DNA of 64,000 nucleotides, taken from the IMG/VR virus record IMGVR_UViG_3300020172_005639, positions 1 through 64,000 of that record; one strand, 5' to 3'. Position numbers and translations under genes: made by a program. Below are positions 28,563 through 37,665 of the stretch, in pieces. The DNA is from a virus. Positions within the stretch are counted from its first letter, which is position 1. Every line of letters starts with the position of its first letter. The notes beneath the pieces are model-generated. The model made no database searches, was not told the DNA's origin, and saw only the letters and a program-made list of their open reading frames with translations.

Positions 28563-28888
28563 AAGGCATGGAGCATGCCAGCGACCCTTGTGACAGTCAG
28601 GCGCCCACGCTCAAGGCACGCCTCCAGCGTGGCCTCGGCGTAGCCTTGGCTTATCGGGGCAGACAGCTCAAACCATATCAGAAAGCCAGCTTGCGTTAGG
28701 CAGAACCTTGATACGGTGAGCTTGGTTCCTTGGTTTGTTATATGCCCCTCATTTATAATTGCCAACTGGTTAGCGCCTGCGCGCAGGGCTTGGATCAGCA
28801 GGTCCAGAACGGATTTGCAATCCATGAATTTCGTCCAGTGGGCGACAAGAAGCCCCTCGAGCTTCTGTTCGTCGAATACTTTGTCCAT
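28559..28888 (-). CDS. hypothetical protein
   Basis: ORF convergent with the previous gene. Confidence 0.55.
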   Translation of the reverse strand: MDKVFDEQKLEGLLVAHWTKFMDCKSVLDLLIQALRAGANQLAIINEGHITNQGTKLTVSRFCLTQAGFLIWFELSAPISQGYAEATLEACLERGRLTVTRVAGMLHAF

Positions 28889-28911
28889 GTGCGAGCCCTT
28901 GGGGGTCTTCA

Positions 28912-29181
28912 ATGAAAAAAACAGGATTCTTTCTTAAAGAGTATTGCCAGAAGCTATCGGACGAGCATGTCAGGTTTTTGTATGGCCGACTTTCCCAAAG
29001 GCTAGGGGGCGACCTCGCTGAGGCGGTGACCTTCCTGTCACAGTTCAGGGACATCGACCGATGGCTCAGCGTCGCTGAGGATTCGGATGAGTTCTATGAT
29101 GCAGTCGACCAAGTCCACCTCGCAGTTGAGAAGGAGCACGAGCGTAGGCTTAAGTATTCCGAGTGTTCGCCCCGTCACTAA
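28912..29181 (+). CDS. hypothetical protein
   Basis: 89 aa ORF. Confidence 0.6.
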   Translation: MKKTGFFLKEYCQKLSDEHVRFLYGRLSQRLGGDLAEAVTFLSQFRDIDRWLSVAEDSDEFYDAVDQVHLAVEKEHERRLKYSECSPRH

Positions 29182-29204
29182 TTGGCGAAACGACCCGAAG
29201 TCTA

Positions 29205-29240
29205 GAGGCCCCAGCGAAAGCCCGGGGCCTCCGGCTTTTT
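29205..29240 (+). terminator. probable rho-independent terminator
   Basis: GAGGCCCC...GGGGCCTC stem followed by CGGCTTTTT. Confidence 0.5.
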
Positions 29241-29289
29241 GTGGTAGAATATCGGTGGGCCAAAGCCGAATATAAGGCAAGGAGAGAAA

Positions 29290-31311
29290 ATGCCACCCAT
29301 CAACAAAGTCGGCGACCAAAAGGTCTGCGTAGCCACTTCAGACTACCCCCACGCCAAATGGGGTTTTGAGCTTTTCAACCCTGTGCAGAGCAGAGTCATG
29401 GACTTCTACAACGAGGACTGCAACTCGTTGATCGCAGCCAGCACCAGCGCAGGCAAGACGGTGGTAGCCGAGATGTTCTTGGCCGATGAGGTCAGGCGCC
29501 GGGGAGGCAAGGGAATGTTCCTCGCTCCGCTACGCGCCCTCGCAAGGGAAAAGTCCGAGGACTGGAAGTCCAAGAGCCACCACTTCGGCGACCTAAAGGT
29601 CAGCATCTGCACGGGCGACTTTAGGCTCACCAAGGACAGGACTGCCGAGCTCAACGACGCCGACCTAATCATCATGACCTCTGAGATGCTCTCGCACAGG
29701 AGCAGGAGCCATGGCAGCGAGCAGAGCTCCTTCTTGAAGGAGGTGGGCACATTGGTGGTCGATGAAAGCCACCTCCTTACCGTTCCTGGCAGGGGCGATC
29801 ACTTGGAGGTCGGCCTTATGACGTTCACTCGCTTGCAGCCGGGGGCGAGGCTCATCCTTCTTTCGGCAACCATGCCCAACGTGGACCAGATAGCAGAATG
29901 GGTTTCATATTCGCTGAACGGCAAAAAGACCTTCGTTCTTGAGTCCAAGTACAGGCCCGTCCCTCTGACCACGCACTACGAGCACTACGCCGACGATCTC
30001 AAGCGCTACGACCTTCTGGAGACGGAGAAGATCAACAAGGCGATGGACATCGTTGAATACTACCCCGAGGACAAGTTCCTGATATTCGCCCACACCAAGC
30101 GCACGGGCGACATGATGAAGAGGGAGCTTCAGTCGGCTGGCATACAGTGCGAGTTCCACAACGCCGATCTCGACTCTGCGGCTAGGGCGAGGGTTGAGGA
30201 CAAGTTCAAGAAAGACCCTGCGTTTCGCGTCATCGTGGCCACCTCCACGCTCGCCTGGGGCCTCAACATGCCTGCGAGGCGCGTCATCATCCTCGGCGTG
30301 CACAGGGGCGTCGAGGAGGTGGAGTCCCACGACATCATCCAGATGGTCGGCAGGAGCGGCAGGTACGGCATCGACCCGATGGGGGACGCGTACATCCTCG
30401 TGCCGGAGAGCAAAGTCCACGAGTACAAGCAGAAATACAGCCAGAGCAGGAAGATTCAGTCGCAATTGCTGTCCATTTCAGGCAGCCACCACAAGACACT
30501 TGCCTTCCACTTGGTCAGCGCCATATTCCAAGGGGAGGTATCCACCGTTGAGGACGTCCACAAGTGGTTTGAGAGAAGCCTCGCCCACTTCCAGAGCCTC
30601 GTGTTGAACCACGACGTCGTCGACTCCACGGTCGAGCTGCTCACCAAGTGTGGTGCGATAGGCGTGGAGGACGGCAAGCTCTTCGCCCGCCCGGTCGGCA
30701 GAGTGTCGGCGATGTTCTATGTCAGCCCCTTCGACGTTTCAAGCTACTACTTCAACTTCAGGAGACTCTTCGAGGGCGGCTTCGAGGCCGACGACGTCCG
30801 TATCTCCTTCGCGCTGGCCAACATCGACTCCAATCGCACCAGCATAGTATCCAAGGCGGAGAAGGAGGAGATGGACTCCTACCTCAACAAGCTCAGGCCC
30901 GTGCTGGGGGGTTCATACGTGCCCGACGGCGTGGTCAAGGCGGGCTTCTGCTACTACGCCCTCATGAACGGGGTCAATGCCAGCGCCTGCTCATCCACGC
31001 AGAGGGGAATCCAAGCCGACTTCAACCGTGTTTCCCAGATCATCCAGACCTTGGGCAGCCTCTCCACCGCATGGTCCAGGCAGTGTTACTTCTCCACCTT
31101 GGAGACGAGGATATCCTCGGGCGCTCCAGCGCACCTGCTTGACCTTTGCAGGCTTCCGGGCATCGGCAAGGCGCGCGCCACAAAGCTTTATGACCAGGGG
31201 GTGAGGAACGTGGCTGACATTTCCGGCATGACTCCAGAAGCCCTGAGCAAGGCGGCCAACCTAAAAGTCGATGTGGCGAAGGAGTTGATTCGGGTCAGTC
31301 AGGGCCTGTAG
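29290..31311 (+). CDS. Ski2-like / Hel308-like SF2 helicase with C-terminal HhH
   Basis: Q motif FNPVQ, STSAGKT, APLRALA, DESH, LSAT, ATSTLAWGLNMPA, QMVGRSGR, LPGIGKARA. Confidence 0.9.
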   Translation: MPPINKVGDQKVCVATSDYPHAKWGFELFNPVQSRVMDFYNEDCNSLIAASTSAGKTVVAEMFLADEVRRRGGKGMFLAPLRALAREKSEDWKSKSHHFGDLKVSICTGDFRLTKDRTAELNDADLIIMTSEMLSHRSRSHGSEQSSFLKEVGTLVVDESHLLTVPGRGDHLEVGLMTFTRLQPGARLILLSATMPNVDQIAEWVSYSLNGKKTFVLESKYRPVPLTTHYEHYADDLKRYDLLETEKINKAMDIVEYYPEDKFLIFAHTKRTGDMMKRELQSAGIQCEFHNADLDSAARARVEDKFKKDPAFRVIVATSTLAWGLNMPARRVIILGVHRGVEEVESHDIIQMVGRSGRYGIDPMGDAYILVPESKVHEYKQKYSQSRKIQSQLLSISGSHHKTLAFHLVSAIFQGEVSTVEDVHKWFERSLAHFQSLVLNHDVVDSTVELLTKCGAIGVEDGKLFARPVGRVSAMFYVSPFDVSSYYFNFRRLFEGGFEADDVRISFALANIDSNRTSIVSKAEKEEMDSYLNKLRPVLGGSYVPDGVVKAGFCYYALMNGVNASACSSTQRGIQADFNRVSQIIQTLGSLSTAWSRQCYFSTLETRISSGAPAHLLDLCRLPGIGKARATKLYDQGVRNVADISGMTPEALSKAANLKVDVAKELIRVSQGL

Positions 31312-31952
31312 TGAACCTTCTTCATCCTTGAAAGTACGTTCCTCTTAAGGTTGTTTTTTAATGATCTTGCCTTGTAGGTGAGGCAGCTGTCGCATTGTGC
31401 AATTGCTGCTCCTCCGCAGTAGTCCGATTCCACGCTCGCAATCCCGTAGAGGCAGCATGGGCAGCACTCGTCCCCAAACCACACGAAGTCAACGTTGACT
31501 GTGTCGCAATCTTCCACCTCTAAGCTGTCTTCCACGCCATTCAAAGTGGCATAAATAGTTGAGCCGTAATCTGTGCAATTGACTGATTGTCTGCCGTTAG
31601 TCGTTATTGTCCCCTTTCCTACGACTATGAACTCTGTAGCTTTACCGCAAGGAGCGCTTCCAACAATTCCGCAGCCATCGAAATCCAGAATCAACTCTAT
31701 TTGATCGGTGCCGGATTGCGGGTCACAGGGATCTGCTCCTCCTGCGGAGGGGCAGTCTATTGCGTCTTCGCAGGTAACCACCAATCCTTGATTGCAAGGG
31801 TCCTCAAAAATCGCTTCGCATTCTTGGGCAGAGCCTCCGCAGTACATGTAATATTTAATTTGCTTGTACACAGGACATGGTGGGCAGCATCCGCAGTTGC
31901 ACCCGCACCAGCCTCCTGTCCCTAGGCAGAACGGGGGGTTGCAGCTTCCCAT
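31299..31952 (-). CDS. cysteine-rich hypothetical protein
   Basis: 217 aa ORF with many Cys clusters. Confidence 0.6.
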   Translation of the reverse strand: MGSCNPPFCLGTGGWCGCNCGCCPPCPVYKQIKYYMYCGGSAQECEAIFEDPCNQGLVVTCEDAIDCPSAGGADPCDPQSGTDQIELILDFDGCGIVGSAPCGKATEFIVVGKGTITTNGRQSVNCTDYGSTIYATLNGVEDSLEVEDCDTVNVDFVWFGDECCPCCLYGIASVESDYCGGAAIAQCDSCLTYKARSLKNNLKRNVLSRMKKVHYRP

Positions 31953-32222
31953 CTATCTCCTCTCCTCGCCGAAGAACCCGACCGGGTACTCCATCTTCAC
32001 CGTTCCGTTGCCTCCGGTGGGGTTCCCAGAGTCGTCCTCCACCCACCAGCGGACTTGTTGGACGGGTATATTTAGCTGATCCATGTGGCATTTGTCCCGA
32101 GGCGAAACGGGCATGTGCATCTCCTTGCCATCTATGAGCACTGCGACCTTGCACTCCCGCTTCTCGGCGTTGTACAGCAGGCAGTTCCCGCATACCTGTT
32201 CGACTGGCTTTTTACTCGCCAT
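31953..32222 (-). CDS. small hypothetical protein (CGNC Zn-binding-like)
   Basis: Start MASKKPVEQVCGNC with RBS GAGG. Confidence 0.6.
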   Translation of the reverse strand: MASKKPVEQVCGNCLLYNAEKRECKVAVLIDGKEMHMPVSPRDKCHMDQLNIPVQQVRWWVEDDSGNPTGGNGTVKMEYPVGFFGEERR

Positions 32223-32266
32223 CTTGATAACCTCTCTGGGCTTACAATGCTCTAAAGGAGTGAAGC

Positions 32267-32902
32267 ATGAAGGTAATATCCGCCGCAGCCCAGCAAAACA
32301 ACGGGAAAGACGAGCTCTGCAACTACCTTGCGGAGCTGCTGCACGAGCTCTATGGGGAGCGGTGGATTCGGTCGGCGTTCGCAAACCCCGTGAAGGACAC
32401 CTTCTGCGAGGCCTTCGGAGTCGACAGGGCCTTCATCGAGAAGTGGAAGAGGATTAACGAGCCGCCGCCTGGCTTCCTTATGCCGGTGAGGCAGGGCCTG
32501 CAGTTCATCGGCGACGGCTTCCGGAAGATCAAGGAGAAGATATGGATCGAGATCGCCCTCAGGGGGCACGCAAACCTTATCATCAGCGACTCTCGATACG
32601 TCAATGAGGCCGAGGCGGTCCGTAGGGTCGGGGGGTTGAATATCCTCGTCTACAGGCCTGGCTTCCTGAATGACGACCCTAATCCATCCGAGTCGCAGCT
32701 CAGGCCGCTGGTCGAGTTTGCTTTAAGTAAGTTTGAGGAGGGCCCCCTCCCTTTCAGGGAAGACATGCTGGCAGCAGGAGCGCCCGAGGGCTTGGACCAG
32801 TACGACTACTTCCTCGTGAACGGGGGCACGGTCGCAGATTTCCGTGCGAAGATTAAGTCGAAGCTAGTCCCTTGGGTTGCTGAGAGGCTTTCGCTTTCAT
32901 GA
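32267..32902 (+). CDS. deoxynucleoside monophosphate kinase (T4 gp1-like)
   Basis: GKD P-loop, FANPVK, RQGLQFIG, IISDSRYVNE, PSE, N-GT. Confidence 0.8.
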   Translation: MKVISAAAQQNNGKDELCNYLAELLHELYGERWIRSAFANPVKDTFCEAFGVDRAFIEKWKRINEPPPGFLMPVRQGLQFIGDGFRKIKEKIWIEIALRGHANLIISDSRYVNEAEAVRRVGGLNILVYRPGFLNDDPNPSESQLRPLVEFALSKFEEGPLPFREDMLAAGAPEGLDQYDYFLVNGGTVADFRAKIKSKLVPWVAERLSLS

Positions 32903-33600
32903 ATGTTTTGATACCGATGGCTGGCCTTGGGACGAGGGTCTGCAGCAATGATCTGCCCAAGCCTCTTGTTCAGGTGGCTGGCCAGCCAATGATCCAACGC
33001 GTCGTCGACGCCCTCGGCTTGAAGAACAGGTATGTGTTCGTTGTGAGGAAAGAAGATGACGATAGATTTCATTTTGGTGATATCATGCGACGCTTCCTTG
33101 TTGATTTTGAAGTTGTTAGAGTTTCCGGTGTGACGGAGGGTGCCGCCTGCACCGCACTCCTTGCTTCGCAACTCGTATACGGCGATGAGCCATTGATGCT
33201 GTCCGTCTGCGATGCGGTCAACGACTTGGGGGCCAATTGGCAGGGTAGGTGCCTCGCTCAGGAGAAAGATGGCGTCATATTTTGCTTTAAGTCGGATCAC
33301 CCTGGCTACAGCTATGTCAAAACAGGCGAGGACGGCTTAGTTGAGGAGGTCGCCGAGAAGCGCGTCATATCGCAACTCGCCACTTCGGGAAACTACTTCT
33401 GGAGGCGTGGTTCGGACTTCGTGAGATATACAAAGAAAATGGTTGAGGAAGACTATCGCGTCAACAATGAGTTTTATCTAGCCCCCGCATTCAATTTAGC
33501 GGTAAGGGACGGCAAGCGAATTGGCACGGAGCTCATTAAAGAGGTCAACGACCTAGGCACTGTCGAAGGAATCTCTCTTTATTCTGCAAAAGTGAAATGA
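32899..33600 (+). CDS. nucleotidyltransferase (NTP_transferase / sugar pyrophosphorylase-like)
   Basis: IPMAGLGTR...PKPL, TEGAACT, AEKRVIS, NNEFYLAP, LGT. Confidence 0.85.
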   Translation: MNVLIPMAGLGTRVCSNDLPKPLVQVAGQPMIQRVVDALGLKNRYVFVVRKEDDDRFHFGDIMRRFLVDFEVVRVSGVTEGAACTALLASQLVYGDEPLMLSVCDAVNDLGANWQGRCLAQEKDGVIFCFKSDHPGYSYVKTGEDGLVEEVAEKRVISQLATSGNYFWRRGSDFVRYTKKMVEEDYRVNNEFYLAPAFNLAVRDGKRIGTELIKEVNDLGTVEGISLYSAKVK

Positions 33601-34307
33601 GACCCATAACCATACTGCTGCGAGGCCAGCACTTCTTGGGTCTGTCTTCGCCTCACGGTAGAAGCTCTTACCAGAGGAATTTCTTCGACATCATAGATCA
33701 GTATTTGAAAAACGTGCCGCTCGCCTTTGAGTCTCAAGGTCGCTTTTTTAACGTAAGGGTCATTACTTATGATGGCCCCTGGGCGCACCAGCTTAATCAA
33801 GTGGCTGACAACCAATACATTCGTTTGATTCCCGAGGAGCTTCTCGGAAGCGTCGGATACAGGCAGTTCGAGGTTGTTTCCAAGGGTCTGGCGAATATCC
33901 CTCCGGACGATGGATCCGTCGTTCTAATTCTGCGCTTTGACTTGATTTACAAAAAACCGATCACGGAGTGGTTCGATTTCGACAAGGACTTTGATGTCTG
34001 CGTTCCGTTCAGGGAGGTAGGCTGGGAGCAGTGGTTTGACTACTGGGTGCCTTGGAAGGCGAAATACAGCAGCAAAAGAATGGGAGACTGCTTCCATATC
34101 ATCAACAACGAGAGGGGCAACCTCCGCAAGTTCATGCGCGCCATAGCCCATGACCCCAGATGCGCCCATGAGAAGCACGAGGACTTCTCGGGCAGAGGTC
34201 TGCGTGTGGATTTCTGCACCCAAGGCTTCTTCAACAGCGACACGGCTTGCGAGGGAAAGGGCGCGAACAACCCCCTGTACTCCCTTCAGCGCCCATCCCG
34301 TCTTTAG
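33597..34307 (+). CDS. hypothetical protein (possibly glycan-related)
   Basis: LLRGQ N-terminus and ILRFDL motif as seen in phage glyco-locus proteins. Confidence 0.6.
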   Translation: MRPITILLRGQHFLGLSSPHGRSSYQRNFFDIIDQYLKNVPLAFESQGRFFNVRVITYDGPWAHQLNQVADNQYIRLIPEELLGSVGYRQFEVVSKGLANIPPDDGSVVLILRFDLIYKKPITEWFDFDKDFDVCVPFREVGWEQWFDYWVPWKAKYSSKRMGDCFHIINNERGNLRKFMRAIAHDPRCAHEKHEDFSGRGLRVDFCTQGFFNSDTACEGKGANNPLYSLQRPSRL

Positions 34308-34440
34308 AGCGCCCTTGAGAACCTCTGAATCGTTTCCAAGCCGTTCTTTCCCGATATGATTTCCCCGAGTTCTGGGTGCGCTCCTGCGAGCCACCGTATG
34401 CCCAGCTTCGTGCCTTCACCTTTGAATGTGATCTGCTCGT

Positions 34441-35118
34441 CTAGGATTGTGAGGCGTGTGAGGTTTTTATGCGCTGCTTCAGTTTGCTCATGCCCACCTC
34501 TGTGAGCACCATAAATCCTAATCCCCTCATTTGGCAGTATTGATCGCATGCTGTCCATTTGGCTTTGTTCCTCGGCAACTGTGTTTGCTCTGAAGGCTTG
34601 ATCTCCCAGACCTCCACCCGTCCGTCGCTGAAGCTAACCTTCAGGTCTGGGTTGTACTGGTGGATTTGCCCTTCAAAGGTGTACTGCACCGAGAAGGGTT
34701 CGACTTCATATCCGATGACCTCGGGCATCGCCTCAAGGCACTCGTACACGTCACACTCCATCCCTGACCGATAGTGCATTTCCTTGCCGCCATTCTTGGT
34801 CGAAACCATGTATCCCTCCCTGAACATGGGGCGCCTCTGCTTTAGCCCCCCGTTGCTAGTTTTGTCCTTCCAAACGATCGCTTTCATCTGCCCGACTTTC
34901 GGCATTTGGTCGTAGGGATGCTTTGCCTTGAAGTGGGTCCTCACACACCTCACGGGACAGCCGCACCTCGCCAGCGGGCAGACGACGTACTCGCGTCCCT
35001 CCTCGTGGCTGTCTAGTATGTGTCCCTTGTACTCCTCGTAGCCATCGAAGTTGCATCCGCAGACGAAACATTGGTATCGCCTCTTTCCGGTTGGCTTCTC
35101 AAATGGGAGCTTGTTCAT
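34441..35118 (-). CDS. C2H2 zinc-finger + TnsA-like PD-(D/E)xK endonuclease
   Basis: CFVC..H...H and CPLARC..H...H; YRSGME, YNPD, EIKP, K-TA, LTE. Confidence 0.75.
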   Translation of the reverse strand: MNKLPFEKPTGKRRYQCFVCGCNFDGYEEYKGHILDSHEEGREYVVCPLARCGCPVRCVRTHFKAKHPYDQMPKVGQMKAIVWKDKTSNGGLKQRRPMFREGYMVSTKNGGKEMHYRSGMECDVYECLEAMPEVIGYEVEPFSVQYTFEGQIHQYNPDLKVSFSDGRVEVWEIKPSEQTQLPRNKAKWTACDQYCQMRGLGFMVLTEVGMSKLKQRIKTSHASQS

Positions 35119-35528
35119 TTTTTTGCAGCGGCCATCATGATCTTGACTGCGCCCTCTTTGTCTATGACCTTGATTTTCGGCAGGTCCTTGAGTCCGAAAA
35201 CGCGCTCAATCCCGTTCTCGTCCTCGCCCTCCATGCACCTCAGTAGATTCACAGCTGAGAACCTAGCCTCATCACGGAAGCCTGGTTCCATCGGGTCGTC
35301 TTCGTCTTCCGTCTTTAGCTTGGCAAATATGAGCCTGCTTGGCTCCGGCGCCCCGAAAAGCTCTTTGCCCACGACGAAGAAGAGTATCACCTCGTGCTTG
35401 TCCAATATCTTCTCTATGGCATCTTTCGACTCGTTGATGGCCATGATTTGGTCCCAACGATCCATGAGGTCACGGAACCCGGAGAAACCAGGCGACTCTT
35501 CGGAAAAACTTTCAACATATTCCTTCAT
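35115..35528 (-). CDS. hypothetical protein
   Basis: ORF abutting the endonuclease gene. Confidence 0.6.
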   Translation of the reverse strand: MKEYVESFSEESPGFSGFRDLMDRWDQIMAINESKDAIEKILDKHEVILFFVVGKELFGAPEPSRLIFAKLKTEDEDDPMEPGFRDEARFSAVNLLRCMEGEDENGIERVFGLKDLPKIKVIDKEGAVKIMMAAAKK

Positions 35529-35546
35529 GAGAAATATATAGATGTT

Positions 35547-36005
35547 ATGCCACACACTTTCGCCGGCTTCCGGTTATTCTTGGAGGAGATGGACCCCTCG
35601 CCAGAAAAGTCGAGGGAGGACAGCGACTCCTCGTCTGAGGGAAGCGAGGGCTCAGAGGACTTCTTTGCTGCCTTGGGCGACGAGCAGGGCATGAACTGGG
35701 GAGACATTTCAAAGGTTTTCACCGGCGAACCTTGGATATCCACGCACTTCTCGCTGGGCTCCCCCGACCGTGAGGTACTCTATAAGATGTCGCCCTGGGA
35801 GATAGTTAAGGGCACCCTGACCCCCAAGGGAGCAGACATCCGTCTGAAGCCGATGAGGGCCGGGAGGAGCTACCTCAAGGGCAACAGGCTTAACAAGAGC
35901 GACTACTTCGACGACCGCCGTTACCACCTGAATCGGGCAGAGCTTCTGGACTTCCTGACGAAGGGCTGGACTCCTGCCGTGCAGGCCGCACAGGGAGCAA
36001 TGTGA
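35547..36005 (+). CDS. hypothetical protein (N-terminal GFRLFLEE motif)
   Basis: ORF starting just after TATATA 35535-35540. Confidence 0.65.
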   Translation: MPHTFAGFRLFLEEMDPSPEKSREDSDSSSEGSEGSEDFFAALGDEQGMNWGDISKVFTGEPWISTHFSLGSPDREVLYKMSPWEIVKGTLTPKGADIRLKPMRAGRSYLKGNRLNKSDYFDDRRYHLNRAELLDFLTKGWTPAVQAAQGAM

Positions 36006-36181
36006 TCAAGGGCTTCAAGGACTGGCTTAAATTGCAGGAGGTCGGCACCTCTGCGGGGATGGTCGCGCCCTTCGCCATGCCGATAGGGGCGTCCCCGGTT
36101 GCTAGGATGTACCCAGAACCAGTACTTTCCTCTCCCGATCCGTTCTTCAGGAAGCGCAAGAAGAAAAAGAAAGACCGCTGA
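36002..36181 (+). CDS. small basic protein (MIKGFKDWLKLQE...RKRKKKKKDR)
   Basis: Manually read 59 aa GTG-start ORF overlapping the upstream stop, RBS GGGAG. Confidence 0.55.
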   Translation: MIKGFKDWLKLQEVGTSAGMVAPFAMPIGASPVARMYPEPVLSSPDPFFRKRKKKKKDR

Positions 36182-36197
36182 ACCACGGAGTATTGGT

Positions 36198-36776
36198 TTG
36201 GACATAGCAGTCTGTTCTGCCTGCGACACCGAATATGCAGCGCTGCAGTCCCTAACGGCCCCCACAATAGCCGATTACTGCGAGTTTCAAGGATATGAGC
36301 CTAGAGTTTCGATATACCGGAGTATTATCAGGCCGCCTTCTTGGCACAAGCTTCTAGAGATAGGGAAGTGCTTGGCCGAGGGGTTTGAGGCGGTGCTCTG
36401 GGTGGACACCGACGCAATAGTCGTGCGTAAGCAGATGTCACTTCAGAGCCTGATGTTGGACGGCAAGAATCTTTACTTGAGCAGCAATTGGCTCGGGCTA
36501 AACTGTGGGGTGATCCTGGTGAGGAACACGCCCTCCATTCGGAGGCTGTTGCAGATGGCCTGGTCCCAGACGCAGCTCATCGACCATCCTTGGTGGGAGC
36601 AGGCCGCCATCAGGGCTATTCTGGACAACGGCCTTTTTGATCGGCACGAGCTTCTTGAGTTGCCGTCTAGTATTTTCAACAGCGAGGAGTATTATGGCGG
36701 TTGCCTTGTCTACCATATGCCTGACACGCCCTTAAGGGAGAGAATCAAGAGGTTCGGGGCTATACTAAAGCAATAA
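36198..36776 (+). CDS. glycosyltransferase family 34 (GMA12/MNN10-like)
   Basis: SWHK, WVDTDA, LNCGV, WWEQAA. Confidence 0.8.
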   Translation: MDIAVCSACDTEYAALQSLTAPTIADYCEFQGYEPRVSIYRSIIRPPSWHKLLEIGKCLAEGFEAVLWVDTDAIVVRKQMSLQSLMLDGKNLYLSSNWLGLNCGVILVRNTPSIRRLLQMAWSQTQLIDHPWWEQAAIRAILDNGLFDRHELLELPSSIFNSEEYYGGCLVYHMPDTPLRERIKRFGAILKQ

Positions 36777-36789
36777 TTTGGAGAGTCAG

Positions 36790-37665
36790 ATGAGAGTCGT
36801 GCGTTCCCCCAAGGTCTACCTTATCGCTAGGCCGCAGATCGTCGAGGAAGGATTGCAGGCATTTCTTTCGGAGCAAGGCTTGCGCTGGCCTACTGCTACT
36901 GATGGGGTCAGGGACGCAGAGAGGCTGGTTGAGGCGGCCGGCCGGTGTTGTTACATGAGCTTCGGAGACAAGGCAGGCAGCAAAACGAACTTCCGCTATA
37001 TCCAAAACTTGCTCGGCGTCAACGAGGACGGCAGCTTCAAGTCGGGCCCCGCCCACGGCAGCGTTGTTGAGCACCCATGCTGGAGCTTCCTCGTCGTCGG
37101 TGCGGGGCGTGGCTTCTCGCACGAGCAAGTGAGGCACAGGACAGGCTGGGCGTACAGCCAGATCAGCACGCGCTACTGCGACTTCGAGCGTGAGGAGTCA
37201 GAGGGCACATGGGACCCCGGCTTCTGCATACCCCCGATGGCCCAGCTCTCCGAACAGACCGCCTCTGCATTCGACCAGAGGTTGAGGGAAAGCCAAAATG
37301 CTTACTGCGACTTGCTGGGCAAGATAGAGACCGACCTCAAGAACAACCCGGCCTTCATGCAGACTCTTTCTGGTTATGACGACCGAGAGAAATCAAGAAT
37401 GCTTCGTAAGGCCGCCCGTGGCGCCGCAAGGGACATTTTGCCTATAGCCACCGAGGCGATTATGGTGATGAGCGCGAATGCGCGCGCGATCTGGAACTGC
37501 ATCGTCCTGAGGGGTAACGAGCACGCAGAGGCGGCCATAAGGGACATCTACGTTCAGATAGCCAAGATCATGGAGGCCGAGATGCCATCCTTGTTCAGAA
37601 ACATAAGGTATGAGCGCTGCTGGGACGGAACTGAAGTGGTAGTGATGCCTAGAGAGAAGCTCTGA
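36790..37665 (+). CDS. thyX: flavin-dependent thymidylate synthase
   Basis: AGRCCY, HGSVVEH, SHEQVRHR...SQISTRY, ARDILP. Confidence 0.92.
   Translation: MRVVRSPKVYLIARPQIVEEGLQAFLSEQGLRWPTATDGVRDAERLVEAAGRCCYMSFGDKAGSKTNFRYIQNLLGVNEDGSFKSGPAHGSVVEHPCWSFLVVGAGRGFSHEQVRHRTGWAYSQISTRYCDFEREESEGTWDPGFCIPPMAQLSEQTASAFDQRLRESQNAYCDLLGKIETDLKNNPAFMQTLSGYDDREKSRMLRKAARGAARDILPIATEAIMVMSANARAIWNCIVLRGNEHAEAAIRDIYVQIAKIMEAEMPSLFRNIRYERCWDGTEVVVMPREKL

Noticed and set aside
34441-35118. Tn7-like transposon
   Set aside because: Only a TnsA-like domain; no TnsB/C/D or terminal repeats seen
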